Positions 12,801-24,115 of a stretch of DNA of 64,000 bases are shown here, in pieces. The notes beneath the pieces were generated by a model, which saw only the letters and a program-made list of their open reading frames with translations, ran no database searches and was not told the origin of the DNA. A program made the translations under genes and the position numbers. The first letter of the stretch is position 1, and every line of letters starts with the position of its first letter. Source of the stretch: Felis catus (taxonomy: Eukaryota); contig NC_058368.1 of the NCBI RefSeq assembly GCF_018350175.1, positions 9,176,001 through 9,240,000 of the forward strand, in the 5' to 3' direction.

Positions 12801-15390
12801 TTATATTTATAAAACAAAAAACGATGCTAAAAAACCATTTTAAAGTCAGTCACAATCATTGTCATATAAAGACTTTATCAAAAACATCAATTGATTTAGC
12901 AATTACTGTAGCTCAAGAATGAATTATCTTTAATGAAAACATGATAGAGGTTATAATTTCACTGCCCCACCTCATCTCCCAACTACGAATTTTCCTTTAC
13001 AACAGACAAGCATCATTAACATGTAAAAGCGTAACATTTGTTTCTACACGGCACATACTAGCTGTCACCACTTAGAAACTCGAAAATTTTACTGCACCTA
13101 GCAAAAATGTATGTATTCATACGTATCCTGATCAGTTGGGAGTTTATGCTGCAAAAAAAAGGTCAGACTGTGGAAAGCGGTGGGGGTAGGGTAGGATTCG
13201 AAGTGGTAAAACTGTTCTGAAAGTAAATGCAAACTATCAGTTATTGATACGAAGAGTTTAACAAATACAAAACATTTTAATCAACAACCTCTAACCAGTA
13301 TTTGTCATGTTACGTTTCAAAAAGTTGAGAATTCTAGGCACGTATCTAATGAAGGCACTTTTTAAGCAAAAATGCAATGTTAAGGAAGTAACAGCAAATG
13401 AAGGTGTAAGAGGTTGTGACATAGGAGGAAAAAAGCCTCAAGACTTCCAACAAGTTGAGCAACTTCAAAACTAGACATGAAAAATACTCAGAACAATCTA
13501 ATCTGAGGTGTAGATTAGGCACACTCTGAAACAGCATCATCAGGGCATTATATGTTTATTACATAATACTGCTTTGCCCTTGCCTATCACCTTTAATCAA
13601 GGGATCTCAAAGCACCACCGAATCAAGGCCTTAAAATACAGTCTAAAACAGAAATAGTTACATTTTATAACTGCACCTATTAATAAAACCTTGCCACTAG
13701 TTCCCGTCCCCCTGATCCGAGCATTAGCTTCCGAACCTTCTCTCTCTCTGACTTGGAAACCGTATTCCCCAAATCATTTCAATTTGTAACTGATGCTACG
13801 CACATTCCAGCTTGTCTTCAGCACTGGGCCTAAAGAAAGTAGTGGCACTGTTTTAATGACACAAATCTATTTCATTACAATTTCTGTGGCAGAATGAACA
13901 GTACTTAGAGTGGACGTACCTTGCACTGATATAAAATGGAGGCTTTAGAGAACCAATCTTTGCTGGGGGTGATGAGCCCAAAAAACACTCAACTAACAGG
14001 CAAATAGCACTTTCCGGCTCAGTCCAGAGACCTATCTAGGCAACTTCGAGAGTGGAGTGGAGGAAACCATATCATATCCAGCTACCATTAATGGGGCAGG
14101 CAGGAGACCATTCAGGGGTGTGCACACCAGGAGGGAAAGGAAAACTAAAGGGACGATGCACGAGTTTTAAGACTCAGGAAAGAGAGTGTAAGTTGCTGTG
14201 TGGCCACACAAGAGACAGAACATTGCGGTTCCTATACATTAAAATAGCATGTTAAATGGCAAATCAAACGTAAGCAAAATGGCTTTAAACCAAGGTCAAA
14301 GATGCCATTTACAGCCATTTAGGTGGGTGGTTTTTTTGAGTCTGTAAATGAGGTTCGATTCTATAGAAACATCTGACATTTTAAAATTTAACCAGCAAAG
14401 TTCAATTTTGTTTTTTCACTGGAATACACGAACACTCAAATGTTAATGTTATGTTAACTTCAAGTCTTTCATAAACAAGATCATTCATCTTCCTGTTAAT
14501 TGCATTATGTTCGTCCCTAAGACTGCGAAGTGTAATTTCAATCCGCACAAACCCACCCCCTCCCAGCACTGTAAGCCTGCACGGTTACTGTTAGCCAACA
14601 CACTCACAGTATTAACAAACATGAACCTTTAGAAACACAAAGAAAAGCATCAATAAGCAAGAGGACTTTTTGTTTCAAGTTCTCAAAATTCAAGGATCAA
14701 GGCTCAATAATTTGCTTTATTAGCTTTGAAAAGTCCAATGATGTAATACGAGTAAATATTTGCTACTGCAAGTCCTGAAAATCCGTAAGAAGCACCAATA
14801 TGCGGTCAGTCTCGATCTGTAAAAATTCCAAAACATCTTAACATTTCTGTTGCCGTACTTGGTTCACCCAGACATACTGAAAAGCTCCCAGCGAATTCTA
14901 GTAGACTTTTTCTTGCAGACCTACACGTCCCTGCGCTTGAAAACATCAAGTTTGTATCTACTGCATTAATGATCCCGTCAGTGTCACAGAACAAGATTCC
15001 CGTTTTCCTGTCTATCTCTGTATCTCGTAAGGACACCCGTCCTCAGCTCTGCCCACTGTCACTGACGTTTTCAGAAGCTCTAAGATCAAGTGTTCAAAGG
15101 CTTCTAACAGACAGGGGGGAGATTTTCTCCACTTCAAGCTACATTGCCACATCTTCCCTACTTCTCCATCGTCTTAAATGATTCAGAAAACACAACCACA
15201 TGAGAAAAGCCATATTAAAAGCGGGACTTCCTAAGACGGGGACACCAGAACCTCCAACTTCTCCAAATCTCCCAGCACCGTGGCGTTTCAACAGTCCCCC
15301 GCAGACCTTCACCCCACGCCTGCATCCTTTCTGATTAAATAAGATTGGAAACCACAATTAAATCAGTGTCGTAACTTATCCTTCACTTAC

Positions 15391-15417
15391 CATATCCGCC
15401 GGGACATTGCTGGACAT
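15391..15417 (-). CDS. UBL3: UBL3 (ubiquitin-like protein 3), first coding exon; remaining exons lie beyond the left edge of the window
   Basis: Reverse complement reads ggcaagATG TCC AGC AAT GTC CCG GCG GAT ATG|GTAAGTG = MSSNVPADM, the N-terminus of mammalian UBL3 (MSSNVPADMINLRLILVSG...). A at -3, consensus phase-0 donor at 15390-15385, inside a CpG island. Confidence 0.95.
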
Positions 15418-15675
15418 CTTGCCGTTTGATATACACCCAGATGTTTACCGGGGGGGGGGGGGGGGGAAATTACAACAAACAATAAAGAGCAGAAGTCTTC
15501 AAGCTACAGAAATCAACCTTAACGATCTCGATCGGTTCGTGATGTGCTTTCCAAAAAATAAGTTATTTCGGAGTCACAGTGCCGGCCTGGCCGAGGTTCC
15601 GAGCGAAGAGGAACAATCCCCAGGAACTGGGTGGCCGGAGCCGGAGGGAACTCCCGGGCGGACAGCAGCAGCCCC

Positions 15676-15720
15676 CGTCGTCGTCGTCGTCGTCAGCAGC
15701 AGCAGCAGCAGCAGCAGCAG
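15676..15720. repeat. Compound trinucleotide repeat (CGT)6(CAG)9; (CTG)9(ACG)6 on the UBL3 sense strand
   Basis: Read directly from sequence. Confidence 0.95.
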
Positions 15721-16411
15721 CTCCAGGACCGGCCGCGCCAGGTAGACCGAGCCGAGTGACACACGGACATGGAGCGGGGTGGGAGGGGGTTAAATCCGCC
15801 TTCCTCCTTTCCCAGCCCGGCAGTGATTCACACTTGCTCCCGAGTCAAGTCCTCATTAAGCAGGAGGAAAATGCCCCGGCGTGGATGTACATAGATAACT
15901 ATGTGGCTACACATGGACGCGTGAGCAGTGAGTGGCGGCCGCGCAGGAACCGGCGCCGGCGGTCGGCTCGGGGAAACGGCTCAACTCGCGCTGCCGGGGC
16001 TGAGAGCCGGGCCGCGGAAACCCGCGCTCAAGGGCATTTAACTAGTTGGGGGCCGAAGCGAAAGCCCGGGGCGGCGAGCGCGGGGAGGGAGCTGGGGGCG
16101 CGGGGAGCTCGGGCCGGGCGGGAGACCCCACGGCCCCTCGGGGCTCAGGCCGCGGGCGCCTCCGGGCAGCGGCGGGTCTCGGGGCGCATCGTCTCCGGCT
16201 TCTCGGCGCTCCTCTCCTGCCTCCGCCACCCCCCGTCGCCGCCTTCCCCTCCCCTCCGACGCCGACTTCGGCTGGTCCCCGGAAGAGGCCGGGTCCTCCC
16301 TCTCCTCAGCCCGGGAATGGTTTCCTCTCGGAGCTTTGTCTCTCCTCCTCCACCGCCTCCACTTTTCAGTCTCAAACGCCGCAGCCGCCTCCTGTCATCG
16401 CCTCTCAAGCC

Positions 16412-16423
16412 AACATGGCGGCG
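16412..16423 (-). promoter_or_regulatory. YY1 motif
   Basis: Minus strand GCCGCCATGTT matches CCGCCATnTT, typical just downstream of CpG-island TSSs. Confidence 0.6.
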
Positions 16424-16580
16424 GCGGCGGCAGCCGCCTGAGCGCAAGTCGGGGACACGGGGAGAGCACGGCCCCTCCTCGCAGCCGCCGCCACCGCCCC
16501 CGCCTTCCTTTCTTCCCCGCCCCCCCCCCCCCCCACCGCTCCGCGGACACCCAGTGCGTCACTACGGAGACCACCCTCGA

Positions 16581-16600
16581 GCATCATGGGAAATGTAGTC
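16581..16600 (-). promoter_or_regulatory. ZNF143/THAP11-HCFC1 SBS motif
   Basis: Minus strand GACTACATTTCCCATGATGC matches ACTACAnnTCCCAnnATGC. Confidence 0.8.
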
Positions 16601-16606
16601 TACGCC

Positions 16607-16671
16607 GGGGGGCGGCGGGGCGGGGGGGGGGCGGCCTAAGGCGGCCTCTCGGGACTCCGAAGCCACGCCCC
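16607..16671. promoter_or_regulatory. Sp/KLF GC boxes
   Basis: GGGGCGGGG near 16617-16625 and GCCACGCCCC at 16662-16671. Confidence 0.65.
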
Positions 16672-16692
16672 TCCTAGCAACAGTTGCTAGGA
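16672..16692. promoter_or_regulatory. Perfect inverted repeat with RFX-like half-sites
   Basis: TCCTAGCAAC-A-GTTGCTAGGA. Confidence 0.5.
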
Positions 16693-18959
16693 AAGGAAAG
16701 CTCGCTTTAGCTCAGCTGCCCTCTAGGAGTTAGGTGATACCTGCTACCAGGAGTGCTGTGAGCGTGCGAATTATTTGGAGAAAATAATTCTGCACAGAGA
16801 AATCCCCTCAAGCACAATAGACGCACAGACTAAAAATACGGTTTACCTCCAAGAAGAATCATTCATTTTAATGACAGCGCGCTCTCCACATCCTGCAATC
16901 TCAAAGCATTTTGTATAGTGATTTCATCTAGGTCTTTTCAGCATTGCATTTGGAAGATCAGAAGCAATCATTGATTTCCAATAAGGTCGTAGAAGTTCAA
17001 CAGGAACAAGGATCTCATTAAGCGGGGAGAATGTTTGAACATGTGTTTCTTGAAGACCTAGGGCCATAAAGCTGCAATCCAGTTAATTGAAATTACCAAA
17101 ACCTGTATGAGGTACAGTAGTATATCAGGCCAAATGTATATCAATAGGAAATAGCTGCTACAAACTACATGGGGATTCACCAGTTTACCAGGCCAGCCCC
17201 CAAATTTTATTTAACTCAAATGTAATAAAAAACCTACACACCCACAGTGATTAGCAAATAGCACAAAATCATACCATTAGGGAGAAACTTAGAGGAAGAC
17301 TACGGCTACTCCAGATTTAGGAACAAAATTCAGAAACCACCACCGTCTGTCTGAATCCCTGTTCAGATCTCTCAGTGCTTTGGCAGAGTATTTTAGCAAG
17401 GGCAGTCTCAGTAAGACACTTATAAAAGAATGTCAACAGATTTAGAGTCTGAAAGTCACCTCTCCAACCTACAGCGATGTGACCTCATCTGTAAAACAGT
17501 CTTGCCTACCATCCAGTTGTGCGGATGAGTTAATGCATGGGAAATAAATCACTTTGTAAATAATAAGGCGTCATTTGATGTGAAATGTTACTACTCATTC
17601 ATTCAGCAAACACACGATCCAGGCTCTCTGCTAGGCACCAGGAGTTTAAAAATGAATAATCTAGGCACTGTCCTCAGGGAACTCATTGTTGAGAAGCCTA
17701 TGTCATTCCCCACAGCAATCTCCGCAGTCAGGTTTGTCTCATTAAGGATGGAAACTCACAGGACGCTGGGAGTATTTGCCTCCTGTGTAGCCCGGCTGGA
17801 GAAATTCCAGGCACTCCTAGGGACCCACATCAGCCTGGGGTGAGTTAGGGTGGTAACCAGGAGGGAGGGTGGCTCCCATCCACAGAGAAACCGAAGGACG
17901 GAAGAAAAAAGAGGCCCAAATCTCACCACAATTAGGCTTCAGGCCTTGGTCTAGAAATTCCTAATTCTCTAGCCATGTGATTTTCCAGGGCCTCTGGTCG
18001 TTGGTTGCTCCTTCTTCATGGTTAGCCACCACAGAGCTGTGCCCACCAGGCCTCCCGGAATGAGAGCCATTGAAAATGCTTCAATTGACCAATGAGTTCA
18101 GAAGGAGCATGAAACACATTTCGAACTAACTCACAAAGTTAGTTATCCACCGCTCCCCTAACTCCAACCTTTATCCAATGACCGCCCTGGCCCAGGCTGT
18201 GCTAGGCCTAAACGCAAGTGGAGGTAGAAAGGCAGGAGGCAGAGGATGGCAGGACCTACAGAAACCCTGGCTCACACTTCCTCTGCGGCTTTCTAGTAGC
18301 CATACGGCAACGGACGTAGTGACCGCCACTGCCAGCCCAAGACCCTGGCATTTCTGACACATGATGTTGCTACTCATTGCCAGGTACCTCTACCACCGCT
18401 AAAAAAGGCCACATCTTTCAAAAGGAAAACCACTGCACCTAGCTGCGTTTCGGATCGCTCTTCTAAGAGAGGTGGAGACATCATTCTCAGTAAAACTCGT
18501 TATAACTCTTTCCTAACAGAATCCAAGGCATAAGGGAGCATGAATGAACAGTTTCAAATTCTCCCACTTTTCTCCTCTTACTCTCGGCTTCCTAACTCAG
18601 GCAGACGAGAAGGGAGGCTGAAGAAAGAGCCCGGTCGTCCCCGACCGGGAGCAGTGGTACCTCCTGAGACTATTCATCCACTGTAAGCATCAGTTTGAAA
18701 GAACGCGAGAGACAGCAATTTTGTACCAGCAAAAATAACTTCCCAGGAAATGAAACGGCCTGACGCTGTCATGAATTAGCTATGAGACCTTTGCCAAGAC
18801 GCTTTGCCTACCTGACCCTCGATGTCTTCATCTGAGGAGGTAGGACTAAATCTCTAAGGTCCCTTCTCTAAGAGTCTATGAGTGTTGAGTAACACCTGTG
18901 GCCTGTTAAAAAGATCTTCCCCAAATGTTTGCTCGGGGGCACGAGGAGGGGCTTTTGGG

Positions 18960-19497
18960 AGAGGAGGGAAAGTTTTAAAATTAGATTATTGCAATGGTTG
19001 CACAACTCTATATGTACTAAAAACCATTAAATTGTACACTTTAAATGGGTGAATTTATTATTTTTGTAATTATGCTAAAATACATGTAATATAAAATTTA
19101 CCGTCTTCACCGTCTTCAGGGGCACAATTCAGCGGCTCCAAACCCATCGAACAAGCCCCCATTTCCTCCTCCCCCCAGCCCCTAGCAACCACCATTCTAC
19201 TTTTTGTCTCTATTAATGTGACTACTCTTGGTACCTTATGTAAGCAGAATCGGATACTAATTGTCCTTTTGTGACTGGCTTATTTCACTTAACATAATGT
19301 CTTCAAGGTTCATGCATGGTACAGCATGGGTCAGAACTCCCTTTTTAAAACTGAATAAATCTTCCGTGGTATATATACACCACATGTCGTTTATCCATTC
19401 ATCCATTGATGGACATTTGAGTTGCTGCCACCTTTTGGCTATTGCAAAATGGGCGAATTTTATGATATGTAAATTGTATACCAATGAAATTGTTAAG
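18960..19497. mobile_element. Old L1 3' end (+) with a nested antisense L1 3' fragment (~19060-19446)
   Basis: Minus ORF WQQLKCPSMDEWIN...MNLEDIMLSEISQSQKD resembles the L1 ORF2 C-terminus; host is split at duplicated aaatgggYgaattt. Confidence 0.75.
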
Positions 19498-20287
19498 AAT
19501 ATATCTTCCCCCATCTGCCATTAGGGATCTGAAATGATTCCCATCTTAGGATCTTTCCTTAAGGGCCTTCTCAAGGAAACTCATGAATTTTAACTAGACA
19601 GAAGTATTCCTTTCTATGAGACCAATAACCTTTAATCAAGTATTACTTTGGTTGATTATCTCATTATACCATTCGTTGTCAGTTATTAAAGCTCTGAGAG
19701 TAGGAAAATGCCACAAGAGGCAGAGAAAGGTGTCCCACAATGCCTGGGGGGTGGGGGAGGGAGAGGGCAAGGAACCTTAGTACGGCCAGAAAATAGAAGA
19801 GCCCCAAAGACACCCTTTGCCACATCTGTCCAATTTTGCCCAAGGCTGGCCCGGTCCTCTTTAGCTCCCGTGGAAGAATCATTTCACAGGGTCACTTTGT
19901 AAGATTCTACATTTCTTTCTCTTGAGAAAGTCTATAGGAAGCCCCCTAATGCCAATATAAAGATTCCTAACATACAAGGGGTCTCAAGAAATGTTAATTC
20001 CCTGGCACAACCGGCCAAGGTCTTTTCTCTGAAATTAGAGATAATTTGCTTACTGATTTAGTCATGGACTTGTCCCCTGTAGTCTTTACTCTTGCAGGAG
20101 CAGAATGAATGCGTGAGTGCTTCTGGTTTGAGAATTGCGATCTGAAGGAGTTTGGGATAAGAAGAATGGAATTAAGTTGTATAAGTCATAGATGGGACAC
20201 TGGGGCTGACTTAATTTTACTCCCAGGAGCCCCCATACACACACACTGCAAACATGGCCAGCCCTTTTCACCCTATACCTCCCTGAC

Positions 20288-20937
20288 CAGAGATTCTCAA
20301 CTTGGTCCTCATCAGAGTCACTAGGAGCCATTTAAAAAAAAATTTTTTTTTAACGTTTATTTATTTTTGAGACAGAGAGAGACAGAGCATGAACGGGGGA
20401 GGGGCAGAGAGAGAGGGAGACACAGCATCGGAAACAGGCTCCAGGCTCTGAGCCATCAGCCCAGAGCCCGACGCGGGGCTCGAACCTACGGACCGTGAGA
20501 TCGTGACCTGGCTGAAGTCGGACGCTTAACCGACTGCGCCACCCAGGCGCCCCTCTCTCGAACTCTTTTTTTTTTTTTTTTTCCAATGTTTGTTTATTTT
20601 TGGGACAGAGAGAGACAGAGCATGAACGGGGGAGGGGCAGAGAGAGAGGGAGACACAGAATCGGAAGCAGGCTCCAGGCTCTGAGCCATCAGCACAGAGC
20701 CCGACGCGGGGCTGGAACTCACGGACCGGACCGCGAGATCGTGACCTGAGCCGAAGTCGGACGCTCAACCGACTGAGCCACCCAGGCGCCCCACTAGGAG
20801 CCATTTAAAAAGACAGATAGATGCCTGAGCCATAGCCCAGAACAACTACATCAGATTTTCTGGCGTCAGGGCCTGGACCTGGTATTGTTCAAAGTTCCCC
20901 CTTGTAATTCTCACATGCAGCCATGGTTTAGAAACAC
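20288..20937. mobile_element. MER5-like hAT element interrupted by a SINE dimer
   Basis: cagagattctcaacttgg...aattctcacatgcagccatggtttagaaacact termini. Confidence 0.65.
20340..20792 (-). mobile_element. Two tandem young Can-SINEs (20340-20553, 20566-20792)
   Basis: Near-consensus SINEC_Fc copies; shared outer TSD actaggagccattt. Confidence 0.93.
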
Positions 20938-21980
20938 TATGTAAGCTAAATACCTTCAAGTTCAATTCCCTCTTTTTCCCCCATCAAGGTTCCTTTCTAG
21001 GACTGATAACCTGAAGGTACTGTGATTTGTCAAGGTGACCTTTGGCCACAGTCACAGTGGTTTAAGGAACAAGCTTTCACACTTGTCCCCCGCCCCCACC
21101 CCCCACCCCATTGCACTCATTTAGCCACCAGGGCATTGACCTCACCTCTGATATAACCCAAGTCTCTCTATCTTAAGGCATTTCTCTCCTTTGCTCAGAG
21201 TCCAGGAAGAGGTAGAGACAGATAAAGTGAAAATGAAAATGCCACGCGATGAGTTGATAAATGCCACCATAGGAATAAGCACACAGGAGATAAGGCAACT
21301 TTGGCATTGAGGTGTCTGGAGTCGAACCAGGCAAAAGCCAGTGGAGCAGGCAGAGTGGTCAGGAAGAGAACACTTGGGTCAAGACCCAGACTAGAAGCTA
21401 AGGGGTGCAGGAAGGGGAGGTAACTGAAGTTCAGGTTCCTGCTTGGGAGTAGGGACAGGGGTGGGATAAGCAAATGGCAACAGAGAGAAACGGAGGCCGG
21501 TCCCCCAGGGCTCTACGGTTTAGACACTAAATCAGATTTTCCAGGGCAGTTTGGATTTACCGTGAGAGCAAATGGAACCAACGGGAAGCGTCATGAGAAG
21601 ATTTGTTTTCATAGAAAGATGGAAAAGGCCTCAAACTCTAATGACACCTGTTCTCTGTGTATTTTGGGTGAGTTGTCCTGTTGTGTGACCTCTTGGAGCC
21701 ACATAATTGAAAACCTCTTAAGGGGTCTCGGGGACTGTCAAACTCCCCACTCTGCATTTCACAGATCAGGAAGCCACCTGATCATGAGGACTGACTCCGC
21801 AATACAATACTTATTCCTCTACTCCCTGTCCTGCCAACAGAGTCCCGCAAAAACAGGGACTTTTACTCATTCTACTACATGACATATATTCATCCCAAGA
21901 TCTATTTTCTCTCTCTCTTTTTTTTTTTTTTTGGTTCCACATATGTGAGGTTCACACAGTATTAGTGTTTCTTTTGACAC

Positions 21981-22188
21981 TTTTTTTTTTTAAGTTTATT
22001 TATTTATTTTGAGAGAGAGAGAGAGAGAATGAGTTGGGGAGGGGCAGAGAGGGAGGTGGGAACAGAGAATGCGAAGTGGGCTCTGTGCTGACAGCAGAGA
22101 ACCCGTTGCGGGGCTCAAACACATGAGCTGTGAGAGCATGACCTGAGATGAAGCGGACGCTTAACCAACTGAGCCACCCAGGTGCCCC
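21981..22188 (-). mobile_element. Can-SINE
   Basis: TSD ttgacactttt. Confidence 0.9.
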
Positions 22189-22537
22189 TTGACACTTTTT
22201 TTTTTTTCACTCCATTGTGGGTATTCTGGAAATAAGTCCTTTGCGAATATATTCCCCAGGCTGTAGCTTGTCTTCTCATTTTGTGAACAGTATCTTTTGG
22301 GAAGCATAGTTGTAGCAGTCTGATGAAGTCTTAGTTACAAATATTTTTCTTTAATGGTGTTCCGTCTCCCTGCTTGCCACCAGGTCATGAAGATATTATC
22401 CTGTGTTTTCTACTTTGTTTTAGCTCTTCTATTTATATCATTATATACTTTTAGGGTTGTTCCACACCACTTGGTGAAATAACTTTTTTTTTTTCCCATG
22501 GAATTTATGTGACGTCTTGGTTCAAAATCAACTGACT

Positions 22538-22762
22538 GGGGCGCCTGGGTGGCTCAGTTGGTTAAGCATCCGACTTCAGTCAGGTCATGATCTCACGGTT
22601 TGTGAGTTCAAGCCCCGCGTCAGGCTCTGTGCTGACAGTTCAGAGCCTGGAGCCTGCTTTGGATTCTGTGTCTCGCTCTCTCTCTCTGCCCCTCCCCTGC
22701 TCACGCTCTGTCTCTCTCTGCCTCAAAAATAAATAAAACATTTAAAAAATTTTTAGAAAAAA
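22538..22762 (+). mobile_element. Can-SINE
   Basis: TSD aaaatcaactg; tail runs into (GATA)n. Confidence 0.92.

Positions 22763-22808
<46 letters not shown>
22763..22808. repeat. (GATA)n microsatellite in a SINE tail
   Basis: Direct. Confidence 0.95.
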
Positions 22809-22810
<2 letters not shown>

Positions 22811-23646
22811 AATCAACTGTATGAAAATAGGTCTATTCTTGGACTCGGCTGCCATAGTCTATCCCATTGATCTCTTCAAGTCTTGAAGTCAGGCAGCCTA
22901 TGTCCAGTAGATCTGTTCTTCTCTTCCAAGATTGTTCTGGCATTCTAGATGCCTTGCATTTCCATATAAGTTTAAGAGTGAACTTGTCAATATCTATTTT
23001 TAAAAGACAGCCTGCTGGTGTTTGAGGTTCCATTGGTTCTGGAAGTTAATATGGGAAGAATTGACATCTTAACACTATTGAGTTTCTGCTCCGTGAACAT
23101 GATATACCTCTTCATTTTTTAGGTCTTCTTTACTTTGTCTCAGTCATGTTTTATAGTTTTCAACATAGGCATTTTACATGTCTTTTGTGAAGTTTATTCT
23201 TCAGTATGTTATTATTATTAACACTGTTAGCAATGAATTAAAATGTTTCCCAATTATTTACTGCTCGCATAGAGAGATACAACTGGTTTTTATATGTTGA
23301 CCTTGTATTCTGATACCTACCTTGCTAAACTTATGTTTTAGTTCTAGTTGTGTTTGTTTGTTTTAATTCCTTAAGACTTTCCACAGAAACAATCGAGTTG
23401 TCTGGTATTTCTGAAACAAAGAGGAATATCAATATTCTGGAAATTCAGGAATTTAGAAAAACCATTTTCATTTTCTGTATATTTCCGTCTAGGTTTTTTG
23501 TGCACGAATCTTCACATATTTATGGGATACATAATTTTTTCATTTAAATATTAAATGAAAACTCCTTTTTTGAACGTTATAAAAATATGCATGTTTACAA
23601 ATGGCTACGTAAACTTCCTATTCCTCACTTTTAAATGCTGCATGCT

Positions 23647-23772
23647 GGGGCACCTGGGTGGCTCAGTCAATTAAGCATCTAACTCTTTGTTTCAGCTCAG
23701 GTCATGATCTCACAGTTCCATGAGTTCAAGCCCCACATCAAGGTCTGTGCCAACAGGGTGGAGCCTGCTTGA

Positions 23773-23818
<46 letters not shown>

Positions 23819-23855
23819 ATAAATAAATTTTTAAAAATACAAATAGAATAAAAAT
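23647..23855 (+). mobile_element. Can-SINE with long (CT)n
   Basis: TSD taaatgctgcat. Confidence 0.9.
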
Positions 23856-24115
23856 AAATGCTGCATACTATTCTGTTGCATCAATGTGCTACAACTTAGG
23901 AAATCGCTTTCTATTTGGAGGACATAAAGATTTGCTCACAATTGTCTGGTTTTCACACATATGGTTTTTGCAACAATTGTTTGGTTTCTGCATTTTGAAC
24001 TACTTGTTTAGGCAACAGTCCAGAAACGGTTATCACTGAGTCCAAGTCTGTGAGCATTCCTGGGGTTCTTAAACCGCACAGCCATGTTATTTTCCTGCTT
24101 AGGATGATACTTTTG

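Larger units (their letters stand above)
1..15390 (-). other. UBL3: UBL3 intron 1 (partial)
   Basis: Starts at the GTAAGT donor; I found no sequence encoding the next UBL3 residues (INLRLILVSGK...) in the window. Confidence 0.85.
15418..16500 (-). other. UBL3: Probable long GC-rich 5' UTR of UBL3 exon 1 (TSS not determinable)
   Basis: Continuous CpG-rich sequence between the promoter motifs (16555-16692) and the ATG, with no convincing acceptor just before the ATG. Extent is inferred. Confidence 0.6.
15520..16700. promoter_or_regulatory. CpG island / UBL3 promoter
   Basis: Very high GC and CpG density against CpG-poor flanks. Confidence 0.92.
21870..23420 (-). mobile_element. Old L1M ORF2/3' remnant
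   Basis: 22833-23033 gives DIDKFTLKLIWKCKASR, like L1 ORF2 KLILKFIWKCKGPR. Confidence 0.7.

Noticed and set aside
15694..15720. CAG repeat as a polyglutamine coding tract
   Set aside because: The gene is on the minus strand and the repeat lies upstream of the UBL3 ATG.
15579..16598. 339-aa plus-strand ORF
   Set aside because: Non-ATG start, low-complexity Arg/Pro/Ala/Gly content, antisense to UBL3; expected from stop-codon scarcity in a CpG island.
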